Shown: piece after piece, positions 9,842 to 26,920 of the stretch
How the letters are laid out: the number at the start of each line of letters is the position of its first letter
Position numbering within the stretch: the stretch's first letter is position 1
Assembly: GCA_039802605.1 (NCBI GenBank)
Contig: JBDRWW010000001.1
Span: 128,001 to 192,000 of the forward strand
DNA from: a candidate division WOR-3 bacterium
GTDB lineage: Bacteria; Hydrothermota; Hydrothermia; LBFQ01
DNA length: 64,000 nucleotides
Reading direction: 5' to 3'
Position numbers and translations under genes: made by a program
The notes under the pieces: generated by a model
What the model was told of the DNA's origin: nothing
The model's input: the letters and a program-made list of their open reading frames with translations, nothing else
The model's database searches: none

Positions 9842-10527
9842 GTATTATCACTTTTAGCGTTCTCCTTTCGGGTCTGGTTTCATCCTTTGAGATGGTTTAT
9901 ATTAGAAAATCACCCCTTTTCTCAATTTTTGAAAAACATCTGCACGATAGGACGGGAATACTCGCGACAGTGTTGTTTTGGAATACATTCGCCTTGGTTC
10001 TGGGTACAGTTCATATATACAAACTCTTGCACCTTTTGAAAATTCCGTATGATATTTTGATTTCCGGATTCGGAGGGGCCTTCATATTCACGATATTTGG
10101 GGATCTAATCCCAAAGGTTTTGGCGGTAATATGGACGGAAAATATGTTCAAGGTTTTGGTATATCCCTTTATGTTTTTATACCTTATATTACGAACCTTG
10201 GGCATAACGAATTTGGCATCAAAAATATTAACATCTAAGTATTCAAGGCAAGAGGTTTTGGATTTCCTAATTTCAAACTTGAAACAGTATATGGACGAAA
10301 GCGATATAAACTTTATCCGTTCCGTGGCAGAGCACCTGCACAAACCGGCTAAGAACTATGTTGTAATAGGACTAAACGGGACGGATTTTGTAGTTGATGA
10401 AAACCTCTTATGCTTGGATGTTTTGAGTTTTATGAGAAAAAGGGGGATAACGAGGGTTCGCATTGGTAATGTGGGGGTATTTGATTTACACGAATTTATA
10501 AAAACCATAGTAAAATCTCACCTTTAA
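9823..10527 (+). CDS. CNNM/DUF21 membrane protein with degenerate CBS region
   Basis: SGLVSSFE and FGDLIPKVLA motifs of DUF21. Confidence 0.7.
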   Translation: MEGLYIGIITFSVLLSGLVSSFEMVYIRKSPLFSIFEKHLHDRTGILATVLFWNTFALVLGTVHIYKLLHLLKIPYDILISGFGGAFIFTIFGDLIPKVLAVIWTENMFKVLVYPFMFLYLILRTLGITNLASKILTSKYSRQEVLDFLISNLKQYMDESDINFIRSVAEHLHKPAKNYVVIGLNGTDFVVDENLLCLDVLSFMRKRGITRVRIGNVGVFDLHEFIKTIVKSHL

Positions 10528-10541
10528 AATACCTTCCCTAT

Positions 10542-11504
10542 ATGGAAGTTATTATTCCTGCGGCCGGTTTTGCAAAGAGGATGAGGCCGCTTTCCTTTAC
10601 TAGACCAAAGGCCATTATGCCCGTAGCGGGCAAACCAATAATCGGCCATATCCTTGACGAAATTAAAGGATTAGAACCCAAGATACATTTGGTAATAGGG
10701 GAAAACGGCAAAGTAATATACGATTATGTTAGGGATATGGGGTTTAGTGTAGATTATGTAGTGCAAAAGGATATGCTCGGATTGGGTTATGCAATATATT
10801 TAACAAGAGGGCTTATAAAATCCGAAAAGGTTCTAGTTATCTTGGGTGATACCCCTTTCAAAATGGAAAACCTATCAAAAGAGATAGAGATGGGAGACTT
10901 TGTGGCCGTTAAGGAGGTTTTTAATCCGCAAAGGTTTGGGGTTGTTAGGGTTGAGGGGGGAAGGATAGTGGATATGGTTGAAAAACCGTTGAATCCCCCA
11001 TCAAACCTCGCAATAGTTGGGGTATATTATTTTTCAAATGTTTCCCTCTTATTTGAGGCCTTGGATTACATAATTTCTAACGACATACGCACAAAGGACG
11101 AATACCAATTAACCGATGCCATGAGGCATATGATAGGTAAGGGTTGGAAACCCAGACCCGTTAAGGTAGATGAATGGCTGGACTGCGGAACATTAGACCA
11201 GATAATAATCTCGCAAAGGGAACTCTTAAAGCATAACCAACACTATGTTTCACGTGAAACGGTTCAAGTGATTGAACCCGTGTGGATTTCCGACGATGCA
11301 GAAATAGAGAACAGCGTCATAGGTCCCAATGTGCATATTGATAAAGGTTGCGTTATAAAAAACTCCATAATATCAAACAGCATTATATATCCCGGTTGTA
11401 AAATTGAAAATTCGGTAATAAACGACTCCATAATCGGGGAAAACTCGGAAATAAGCGGTTTCGTCGGAAAGATAAGGATAGGTGATTATTCCTATGTGGG
11501 TTGA
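10542..11504 (+). CDS. Sugar-phosphate nucleotidyltransferase (glucose-1-P thymidylyltransferase long-form-like)
   Basis: IPAAGFAKRMRP..RPK, VEKP, EYQLTDA, WLDCG, hexapeptide tail. Confidence 0.9.
   Translation: MEVIIPAAGFAKRMRPLSFTRPKAIMPVAGKPIIGHILDEIKGLEPKIHLVIGENGKVIYDYVRDMGFSVDYVVQKDMLGLGYAIYLTRGLIKSEKVLVILGDTPFKMENLSKEIEMGDFVAVKEVFNPQRFGVVRVEGGRIVDMVEKPLNPPSNLAIVGVYYFSNVSLLFEALDYIISNDIRTKDEYQLTDAMRHMIGKGWKPRPVKVDEWLDCGTLDQIIISQRELLKHNQHYVSRETVQVIEPVWISDDAEIENSVIGPNVHIDKGCVIKNSIISNSIIYPGCKIENSVINDSIIGENSEISGFVGKIRIGDYSYVG
11246..11261. promoter_or_regulatory. parS-like centromere site
   Basis: TGTTTCACGTGAAACG, 15/16 match to TGTTTCACGTGAAACA with a perfect 14-bp palindromic core. Confidence 0.8.
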
Positions 11505-11913
11505 TATAGGATATATGTTAATCGCCGGCTGGTTGGGTATATCCCTCTTTTTTACCGCCGTTATAACCCCATCGGCGTTTAAAGGGATACCATCCGATAA
11601 AGTGGGCGATTTCTTGGGATTGATTTTTCCAAAATATTATAAGTGGGGTATGTTTCTTTTCCTAGTTTCATTTGCCATTTTTCTGTTTTCACGAGAATAT
11701 ATACAATCGTTTCTATCCTTTATAGGTCTTTTGTTCATGATATTTGCCGAAATCCTGAGGATTCGCATAAGGAAAACCCGTATGCAACTTAGGGAAAACC
11801 CCACGGATACCGAGCTAAAAAGGCTTTTCATCGACTTACACAGGTTCTCCGCCTATTGTAATTTTACATCCTTAACGGCATCGGTATTAATAATAGTTCT
11901 AAAATGGTTTTAG
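11482..11913 (+). CDS. DUF4149/TMEM205-like membrane protein
   Basis: Four TMs; IFPKYY and FIDLHRFS. Confidence 0.75.
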   Translation: MIIPMWVDIGYMLIAGWLGISLFFTAVITPSAFKGIPSDKVGDFLGLIFPKYYKWGMFLFLVSFAIFLFSREYIQSFLSFIGLLFMIFAEILRIRIRKTRMQLRENPTDTELKRLFIDLHRFSAYCNFTSLTASVLIIVLKWF

Positions 11914-13251
11914 CCTTTTACTATATGTGGTATTCCTCGGGGAAATGGGGTGATGCGACATACACACCTTTGGAGTTTTACACTTCAACGGATTATAAAA
12001 CATTAAGAAGGCACTGTAATGAGGCTAAGTATGCCCAAATAGACGGTTTTATAATATCATTCTGGGGTGTTCACGAGATAAACGGATTGGAAATTGCCTC
12101 AAAGGTATTTGAAAAGTGCGGGTTGAAATATACGGTTTATATTGAAACCGGCAAATCCGCCCGAGATGTTATAAACCAGGTGGATACCGTATTGAAACTT
12201 TTCGGGAAAAGGAAGGGATTTTTAAGGATAAACGAAAAGCCGGTAGTATTTTTATACGGTAGGGTCATTGATAATTTGAATACCGTTCAGCTGGATAGCA
12301 TATCAAGGACGTTTAAAGATATTTTAATATTCGCGGATGAGAGGGGGCAGACAACAAACATTTTGTTTAGGAATTTGCATAAGTATATCATTTTAAGCAG
12401 GGATACCAACTTTTATAAAAACTTTTGTAAATTTGCAATAGGATATTGTGCCGTTCCGGTATCCCCGGGTTTTAAAATGAAAAATAGGGATAAGCCATAT
12501 GTTCCGCATGAAAACGGAAGGTTTTACACGGATGTATTGAAATTGGCGATTAATTCGGATGCCGATATATTACTAATAACCTCCTTTAACGAATGGTGGG
12601 AGGGGACAAATATAGAGCCGTCCAAAGAGTTTGGAAATTTGTATTTAAAAATAACGAGAAGATACGCGGGGATTTTTAAGAAGACCCGTAAGGAAAACAA
12701 AAGGAAATTTAACGAAAACATAAGTATTCCAAAGTTTAAAAACAAGGCCTGTTTTATTTCCGATCCAAAGGATTTTACCCCATTGATTTTTGAGGAATTG
12801 GAAATATTTACAAAACCCCAGGAATTAAGAGGTTGCGACTTAATTATATACGCCACCGGTGAATATTACGATACCCTTTGGAATCCCTTTATAAAGGATT
12901 ATTTAAACAATGGCGGGAAAATGCTAATAACTGGGGGCCCTTTCCCGTTTTATTACGATATTTCGGGGAGATATGTCAATATGGCGGATAGGTTTGGTTT
13001 GAAATTGGGTGTAATTGATGATAACACTCTACTCGGAGAATCCAAGACTTTTCTGATAGGTGAGGGGGATTCCGTGGAATTCTTACCTTTTGGGGAGAGG
13101 AGGATAAGGGATTTAAGGGATTACGATGAAAAGTTTTACGAGATTTTGGTGTGTAATCGGGATTGTAAGGGGTTTGTGGTAAGTGGGAGGAAGGGGAATA
13201 TATATTATGTTTGGAAGGGTTTGGTTGATAGCCCATATGGTGTAAAAATCG

Positions 13252-19742
<6,491 letters not shown>

Positions 19743-19746
<4 letters not shown>

Positions 19747-21302
19747 TCGGCACGCTTTAGCTCTTCTATTTTTAATCCGTCCTGTGTTGTTTGAATGAGG
19801 ACTTTTACCAAGGTATCCTGTGAATACAAACCCAAGTATCCGTGATCGTCTATAACCCTAACCCCAAGCAATTGGTTGTTTATCTCGCCGAGTTTTCCCT
19901 TAACCAAGACAAATACATTTAAACCCAGATAACCAACTTTACCCAAGTCTTTAAAAAACTTTTCATTTACATCCGATACATCAACGGTTAAGTCTGCAGA
20001 GGATTCGGTATAATCCATCTCTCCCAATTGCAAAAAGTACTCATCTAATTCCTCCATTAAACTCGGCAAAAAGGCCTCATCCATGCTGAAACCCGAGGCG
20101 AGTTTGTGCCCGCCATAATCTATAAGCATCCAAGAAATGTGCTCCAAAAGGTTTAGGGTATCAAATCCCTGGGGAGCCCTTATTTCTCCGATAATTTTTC
20201 CGTCACTCCTCCTCCCAAGCGCTATAACGGGTATTTTAAATTTTTCCTTTAATCTACTCGCTATATATCCCAAATATCCAGAACCCTTTTTACCCAAATC
20301 CACAAGAATGTAAGGCCTTGAAACGGATATTTCGCTTAGGATTTTTTCAAGTAAACTTTCCGCACCCTTATACCATAGATCGGATAGCGTTATAAGCCTT
20401 TTCATAATATCTTCAGCAGTGTTCATATCCTCACTTAAAAGTAGTTCCACACCTTCGTGCCTGCTACCCTCCGTACGGGATGATGCTATAACATTCATTA
20501 TATCGTAAAGTGCGGGTTTTTTACCCTTTATGTTTTCATACGCCTTTGCAAAGGGAAAGGTATAGGACAAGAATACTTCCTCAGCCTTGGAATATATGGC
20601 TTTGTTTTCACTAAACAAGGGTACCCTATCGGCTATTATTCCCAGGGAAACCCACACCAAATATTCCGGCTTTTCGGAAACTATATCCTCTAAAGACCAA
20701 TGTTTCATAAGCCTCAACAAATACCAGGCGAATTTAAACGCAACGGCAGAACCCGATAGATAGGGATAAGACCCTCCCCTCTTGGGATTTATGAGGGGAT
20801 AGTTGGGGTTTTCTATAAGGATTTCGTGATGATCGGTTACTATAACCTCTATACCGTATGCATGCGCCTTATCTATATCCTCTTGGGCATTGGTGCAACA
20901 GTCGGTTGTTATTATTAGTTTTACATCGTTCTTCCTCGCGTAATCTAAACCTTCCTCGTTTATGGTGTGTCCCCCAGGTGATTTCTTATCGGGTATGTAG
21001 TAAAAAACCCTACCCCCGCAAGTTTTCAAAGCATCCATAAGGGTGGCAACGCCACTTACACCATCCACATCGTCGTGTCCCCAAACCAAGATATTCTCCT
21101 TTCTCCCTACCACCTTTGCCACTATCTTGGCGGCATTTTCCATATCCGGTATCATTTCGGGGGGAACCAAGTTTTCTATGCTCGGATTAAATGTCACCTC
21201 CAAAAGTATCTCGTCGTTTATACCCTTATCAACCAATATTCTTGCTACCAAAGGATGTATATCCCTCTCCACAATTGCCGATAGAATATCTCCCTTTATC
21301 AC
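19743..21302 (-). CDS. recJ: DHH-family phosphoesterase, RecJ-like ssDNA exonuclease
   Basis: HDDVDG, TTDC, TDHH, INPK, IADRVPL, GGHKLASG. Confidence 0.8.
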
Positions 21303-21305
21303 TTC

Positions 21306-21812
21306 TCACCTCCTTTTTGCGGCATTTATAATATCGCCCAATTTTACCCCCTCCTTTTTGTGTTTATGCGGGACCTTATTCATCTTAACCCCACATACGG
21401 GGCATATACCCAAACAGGTTTCGGAACATATAGGGTTTATAGGCAAAGTGGTTATGAATATATCCCTTATCAATGGCAAAACATCTATTTCATCCCTTTC
21501 TATCGTTAAGGTTTCCACATCTATATCGCTTAACCTTTCCCCACTTTCATAACCCTTTCGTAAGATGTTTTCATCCTCAAATACATATTCCCTTTCAAAT
21601 TCGTCTAAGCACCTGGAACACACAAACTTCATAGTTGTCCTTCCGGAGATTTTGATTTTATAACCTATATCCGTTTTTTGAACCCTTATACTAACATCTA
21701 TATCCTCTAAAATTTCGTATTCCCCCGAATACCCCAAATCATCGGGGGAAAGTGTGGTGCGAAAATCCTTTGGCTCATAACCTATATCCTTTAAAAGTAT
21801 AAAAACCTTCAT
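21306..21812 (-). CDS. YceD/DUF177 family protein
   Basis: CSRCL and CSETCLGICPVCG. Confidence 0.9.
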   Translation of the reverse strand: MKVFILLKDIGYEPKDFRTTLSPDDLGYSGEYEILEDIDVSIRVQKTDIGYKIKISGRTTMKFVCSRCLDEFEREYVFEDENILRKGYESGERLSDIDVETLTIERDEIDVLPLIRDIFITTLPINPICSETCLGICPVCGVKMNKVPHKHKKEGVKLGDIINAAKRR

Positions 21813-22198
21813 TTTTTGATTACCTCCTTAAAACTTTTTAGTACCCCCATCACAAAGGATGGGGATTTATCCGAAGAAAAAACGCGGGCAAATGTCCCAT
21901 ATGCGGGTATTATATCATCCGGGCTTTCGCCCATTAACATTTCACACATACCCCCCAGGATTGCCGACCTATCAAGTTCCAAAAGCCTTTCAACCTTCCA
22001 ACCCACGAGAATATACGAAAGTTCCTTTAACACCTCCTCTTTGTTTCTTATATAGAAATCAATTAACTTTTCAAGTTTCTTTATCCCTTCACCTTCAACC
22101 TCTTCACCGAAGTTTTCCAAGAAGGTTTCTTTATCAATTCCGACCAAATTGTCCAAATATATAAACCTTACAAACAACTCCCTAATTTTATCCATCAA
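21809..22198 (-). CDS. nusB: Transcription antitermination factor NusB (divergent)
   Basis: WKVERLLELDRSAIL and SPSFVMGVL resemble the NusB W..ERL..DR.IL and FVNGVL motifs. Confidence 0.75.
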   Translation of the reverse strand: MMDKIRELFVRFIYLDNLVGIDKETFLENFGEEVEGEGIKKLEKLIDFYIRNKEEVLKELSYILVGWKVERLLELDRSAILGGMCEMLMGESPDDIIPAYGTFARVFSSDKSPSFVMGVLKSFKEVIKK

Positions 22199-23561
22199 AT
22201 CCCTCCACTATTTCAACAGCCTTATTAAAAAACGATGGTGCCACGGAAAAACTCCTAAAACCCAACTTCAATAAAAATTTTAATCCATCCTCGTCGGATG
22301 CTAACGCTCCACATACGCTAACGGGAACTTTACTTTTCTCCTTAATCTCCATTAACACTTTTCCAAAATCCTCGTTTATCTGTTCTTTAATGCTCCCCGC
22401 ACCCCTCGGCCTACCCGTGTATAAAGACCACAAGTCGTTGGTTCCTATACTGAAAAATTTGGCATACCCTTGTATTTTTTCAATTAACCTAACGCTCATT
22501 GGCGTTTCAATCATAAAGCCCAGCCTATCAATGCCCTTTTGTAAGACAACATAATCGTAAAATTCCTTGGCTTCCTCTACAAAAGATATCATGGGTATCA
22601 TTATATACAGGTTCTCGGAACTTTTAACCACATCGAGTAAGGCGTTAAACTTCGGGAGCATATCGTTTAATAACCTTAACGGCGATCTATCGCCTGAAAA
22701 CTTATCACCCCCTATATCAAACGCCCTTATTATAACTTTGGGTTTTACATCAGAGAAAACCTTTAACCTTTCTATCTCCTTTTCCATAAAGAAAAGATAT
22801 TCGGTTCTAAATAACCCAACACCCGTGGAAAACTTTTTTACCCAATATATGTCATCGGGAAAATCCACATTTAATAAGATTTCCACCTCCTCACCCTTAC
22901 GCGTTTTAAACTTGTACCCCTTGTGTTGAGCCAGTTCTATTTCACCTTCAATCGGTTCCCGTGAGATTATACCGTTATCCCCATCAATGTATATATACTC
23001 CCCTTCTTTAAAAATTTCGGGATCAATACCTACAACCGTGGGTATTCCCGCATTTGATAAGATTATAGCAGCATGGGAATCCCTACCCAAATACTTCAAA
23101 ATACAACCCTTTACCCTGTGCTTTCTCAATTTTAATGCCAAGGCCACGGATAATGTTTCACCCACAAATATATAATCCTTGTCATCCTCAATATTTAAAT
23201 GGACAAAGCAAGCCAACTGGGATAAAATATCCTCTATTTCCTTTGCCCTTATGGCAAACATTTGGTTTTCGCCTCTTAACCTATCAATTAATGGCTTTAC
23301 CGCAAGCTTTAATGAGGTTTCGGTATCAAACCCCAAATCCAAAAGATTTTTCAACCTATTCCTAAATACCACATCGCTTAGGAAGGAAGCGACAAATTGA
23401 GAAATAATATCGTTATCCGATTTTATTTCATCTACAACCTTTTCCAAAATGTATGTTATATTTTCCTTGTCGATTTTTTCCTTTTGTAGTTTGATAACAT
23501 AACCCTCCCCTTTACCACCCACGATGGAGGTTCCCAAAATATATTGCTCAGTCTTCATCAA
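22188..23561 (-). CDS. ptsI: PTS enzyme I-like phosphotransferase (shortened)
   Basis: SHAAII phospho-His motif, GVGLFRTE, DIGGDK, MIETP, SIGTNDL, VCG. Confidence 0.85.
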   Translation of the reverse strand: MMKTEQYILGTSIVGGKGEGYVIKLQKEKIDKENITYILEKVVDEIKSDNDIISQFVASFLSDVVFRNRLKNLLDLGFDTETSLKLAVKPLIDRLRGENQMFAIRAKEIEDILSQLACFVHLNIEDDKDYIFVGETLSVALALKLRKHRVKGCILKYLGRDSHAAIILSNAGIPTVVGIDPEIFKEGEYIYIDGDNGIISREPIEGEIELAQHKGYKFKTRKGEEVEILLNVDFPDDIYWVKKFSTGVGLFRTEYLFFMEKEIERLKVFSDVKPKVIIRAFDIGGDKFSGDRSPLRLLNDMLPKFNALLDVVKSSENLYIMIPMISFVEEAKEFYDYVVLQKGIDRLGFMIETPMSVRLIEKIQGYAKFFSIGTNDLWSLYTGRPRGAGSIKEQINEDFGKVLMEIKEKSKVPVSVCGALASDEDGLKFLLKLGFRSFSVAPSFFNKAVEIVEGFDG

Positions 23562-23826
23562 ACCCCCTATTTATTAGATCAATCAAAGCATTAATTGCTT
23601 CTTCCGCATCCTCACCTTCCGCCTCAATTTTTAGAACCGTGCCCTTTGGAGCGGCTAACATCATAACCCCAAAAACGCTTTTTGCATTAGCCCTCATACC
23701 ATCCGAAACCCTCTCTATAAAAATCTCGCTTTTAAAATTGCTCGCCAAAGTGGCTATCATAGTACTAGGTCTTGCGTGCAATCCCAATCTATTTTTTAAC
23801 TCTACTTCCCTTACTACCTTTTTCAC
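23548..23826 (-). CDS. ptsH: Phosphocarrier protein HPr
   Basis: GLHARP (His15) and NAKSVFGVMML (Ser46). Confidence 0.95.
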   Translation of the reverse strand: MKKVVREVELKNRLGLHARPSTMIATLASNFKSEIFIERVSDGMRANAKSVFGVMMLAAPKGTVLKIEAEGEDAEEAINALIDLINRGFDED

Positions 23827-23894
23827 CCACTGGGAATTTTAAAGTTGATAAGGTTAGGACGCTAAAATTCATAACACCCTTATAATACACCGTT

Positions 23895-24554
23895 GTGCTT
23901 ATAGCAATTGATGGACCCTCGGGAGTTGGGAAAACCACTGTGGCGAAAAAAGTTGCGGAGAAATTGGGTTTAAAAGCCGTGAGTACGGGTGCAATTTATA
24001 GGGCGGTCGCTTATGCGATTAAAAGGGAGAACATACCAACATATGATTTGAACGCCTTAAAGGATTTTTTAAAAGGTTTAAACATAGATCAGAAGTATGA
24101 GAACGGTGAAATTAAGACATACTTAAACGGAGAAGATATAACGGATAAACTGGATTCACCGGACATATCCGAGTTATCCTCTGAGATAGCCGCTATAACG
24201 GAAATTAGGGAATATCTCTTGAATATTCAGAGGAGGATAGCAAGCGACAACGCCGTTGTAGAGGGTAGGGATATAGGTAGTGTGGTTTTACCTTATGCGG
24301 ATGTAAAGGTTTTTTTAGATGCGTCCTTGGAAGAGAGGATTAAGAGAAGGTACAACTACCTTAGGAATAAAGGGATAAACATAACATTGGAGGAAGTTCG
24401 CAACGAAATATTGGGTAGGGATACAAGGGACAGGAATAGGAAAACCGCACCCTTAGTGAAACCAAAGGACGCATTCTATATAGACACGACTTACATGACG
24501 GCGGACGAGGTGGTAAACAAAATTATAAAGATTGTTAAAAGTCTTGTGGTATGA
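23895..24554 (+). CDS. cmk: Cytidylate kinase
   Basis: IDGPSGVGKTT, TGAIYRA, EGRDIG, RDTRD. Confidence 0.95.
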   Translation: MLIAIDGPSGVGKTTVAKKVAEKLGLKAVSTGAIYRAVAYAIKRENIPTYDLNALKDFLKGLNIDQKYENGEIKTYLNGEDITDKLDSPDISELSSEIAAITEIREYLLNIQRRIASDNAVVEGRDIGSVVLPYADVKVFLDASLEERIKRRYNYLRNKGINITLEEVRNEILGRDTRDRNRKTAPLVKPKDAFYIDTTYMTADEVVNKIIKIVKSLVV

Positions 24555-25150
24555 AGGTAATTATAGGTTTAACCGGAAATGCGGGTTCTGGAAAAACAAC
24601 GGTGGCCAACATTTTAAGGGAAATGGGTTTTTCCGTAGTGGATGCGGATAAAGAGGCTCACAAAGTACTAAAACACCCAGATGTTATAGAATTTTTAAGG
24701 AAAAAACTACCCGAAGCGCTAAAAAACGGTGAAGTTGATAGAAAGGTTTTAGGTGATAGGGTTTTTTCTGATGAGAAATTCAAGGAAGAGTTTGAGAATT
24801 TGGTAAGGCCTTTGGTTATAGAGAGGTTAAGGGAAGTTATACAAAATATACCCGACAATGTTGTCGTCGTGGATGCGGCGCTAATATACGAATATGGTGT
24901 ACAAGATGCTTTTGATATTATAGTTGTGGTATGGGCGCCGGAGGAGGAACTCGTAAAAAGACTTGTTGAAAGGGGAATTCCAGAGGAAAAGGTTAAAGCC
25001 ATCTTAAAACATCAAATACCACAAGAGGAAAAGTTAAAGTATGCGGATTTTATAATACGCAATTATGGTTCAATTGAAGATGTCAGAAAACAGGTTTTTA
25101 AAGTTTTCAGATCAATAATGAGAAAGTTGGAAGAACTGGAAATAGGATGA
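24551..25150 (+). CDS. coaE: Dephospho-CoA kinase
   Basis: IGLTGNAGSGKTT, DAD, DRKVLG, DAALIYE. Confidence 0.93.
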   Translation: MKVIIGLTGNAGSGKTTVANILREMGFSVVDADKEAHKVLKHPDVIEFLRKKLPEALKNGEVDRKVLGDRVFSDEKFKEEFENLVRPLVIERLREVIQNIPDNVVVVDAALIYEYGVQDAFDIIVVVWAPEEELVKRLVERGIPEEKVKAILKHQIPQEEKLKYADFIIRNYGSIEDVRKQVFKVFRSIMRKLEELEIG

Positions 25151-26844
25151 GAATTTTAGGAATTCACGACGGTCATACCGCTACGGCTTGTGTAATTGAT
25201 AACGGAAAGTTAAAAGCGATGGTTTCCGAGGAGAGGATATGGCATAAAAAGGAGATGGGGGGCTTCCCTACGGAGGCCATAAAGGAGGTTTTATCCCTTT
25301 CGGGTTTAAAACCCGAAGATATTGATAAAGTTGCCGTTGCAACATTAACCCCTCCACTTTTACCCGAACACTTTTCCGATCCCGGTTTTCCAAGAAATAT
25401 ATACCAAAGTATTTACAGGTTCATACCTAGAAGCATTTTGCAGGGGGATGAATATGTGGATGATGTGGTTGGTTTTATAAATAAAATGTCCAGAAGGAGG
25501 GAGTATATTGAAAGAAATCTCAAAAGTTTGGGGATAAACGCCGAGGTCGTATTTGTTGAACACCACTTAGCACATGCATCTTCCGCATTTTTCGGTTCGG
25601 GTTTTGATAAAGCCCTTGTAATAACCCTTGACGGGGCGGGAGACGGTATAAGCGGCACCTATTATGTGGGTGAAGGTTTAAACTTATACCTGAAAAATAG
25701 AATATCCGCATATAACTCTTTGGGGGAGTTTTACACGAGGATTACGGAATACTTAGGTTTAAAACCCCTTTCCCATGAATACAAGGTTATGGGCTTAGCC
25801 CCTTATGCGGATAGTAAAATAGCGGAAGGTGTTTATAAAAAGGTTAGGCGGTTCTTTGAGGTTAAAGGGGATAGGATTATCAACCGCAGTGGGGTTTATA
25901 AAAGGGATTATTTGCGGCTGTTTAAAAAGGTTTTCTTTAAGGTTAGGTTTGACATAATCGCGTATGTTGCGCAAAAGGTTTTGGAGGATGTGGTTTTTGA
26001 ATGGGTTGCTAACATTAAGGGCGGATACGATACCGTGGCGCTTGCGGGTGGGGTTTTTATGAATGTGAAGTTGAACTTTGGTTTTCTTGAAAGGTTCAGC
26101 AATGTGTTTGTAATGCCATCCGCTGGCGATGAGAGTTTGGCCTTTGGGGCGGCCGCTTATGTTTCCGCTCAAAACGGTATAAAGCCGGAACCCATCGGCG
26201 TTTTGTATCTTGGGAGGGAGTTTTCGCAAACAGAAATTGAAAGGGCTTTTGAGAATTTGGATGAAAAGGAGTATAAAATTGAAAGGATTGGAAAGGATAT
26301 ACACGAGTATGTCGCGGAGTTATTAAGCGAGGGTTGGATTGTGGCGAGGTTTTTCGGGAAATCGGAATGGGGGGCAAGGGCACTTGGGAATAGGTCTATA
26401 TTGGCAGACCCTAGGAGTTTAAATGTGGTTTCAAGGATAAACAGGGCTATAAAACATAGGGATTTTTGGATGCCGTTTGCACCTTCGGTTTTAGACGAAG
26501 ATTTTGAGGATTATTTTATCGTCCCTACAAGGAGCAAAAGCGAAAAGTATATGATTTTGGGTTATCCGTCAAGGCCAAGGGCTCAAAAGGAGATACCCGC
26601 AGCCCTACATCAGGGAGATTTAAGCGGGAGGCCACAGGTCGTATTTAAGAATGACAACCCGGAATATTACTCCCTAATAAAGAGGTTTAAAGAAAAAACC
26701 GGAGTGGGTGCGGTTTTAAACACTTCTTTCAATTTGCACGGATACCCCATTGTTTATACCCCAGAACAGGCTATTTTCACACTTATTAATTCCGATTTGG
26801 ATGCGTTGGCGATAGGGGAGTATTTGGTAAGGAAGATTAAATAA
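25147..26844 (+). CDS. Carbamoyltransferase, CmcH/NodU/TobZ family
   Basis: EHHLAHA, DGAGD, EYKVMGLAPY, GARALGNRSILADPR, LNTSFNLHG. Confidence 0.93.
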   Translation: MRILGIHDGHTATACVIDNGKLKAMVSEERIWHKKEMGGFPTEAIKEVLSLSGLKPEDIDKVAVATLTPPLLPEHFSDPGFPRNIYQSIYRFIPRSILQGDEYVDDVVGFINKMSRRREYIERNLKSLGINAEVVFVEHHLAHASSAFFGSGFDKALVITLDGAGDGISGTYYVGEGLNLYLKNRISAYNSLGEFYTRITEYLGLKPLSHEYKVMGLAPYADSKIAEGVYKKVRRFFEVKGDRIINRSGVYKRDYLRLFKKVFFKVRFDIIAYVAQKVLEDVVFEWVANIKGGYDTVALAGGVFMNVKLNFGFLERFSNVFVMPSAGDESLAFGAAAYVSAQNGIKPEPIGVLYLGREFSQTEIERAFENLDEKEYKIERIGKDIHEYVAELLSEGWIVARFFGKSEWGARALGNRSILADPRSLNVVSRINRAIKHRDFWMPFAPSVLDEDFEDYFIVPTRSKSEKYMILGYPSRPRAQKEIPAALHQGDLSGRPQVVFKNDNPEYYSLIKRFKEKTGVGAVLNTSFNLHGYPIVYTPEQAIFTLINSDLDALAIGEYLVRKIK

Positions 26845-26920
26845 AAATGCAAATAATTCAGTTTAAGGGGAATATCGGCTTTTAAATTCCAAAATTAACC
26901 GCATTATAATATTTAGTGGT

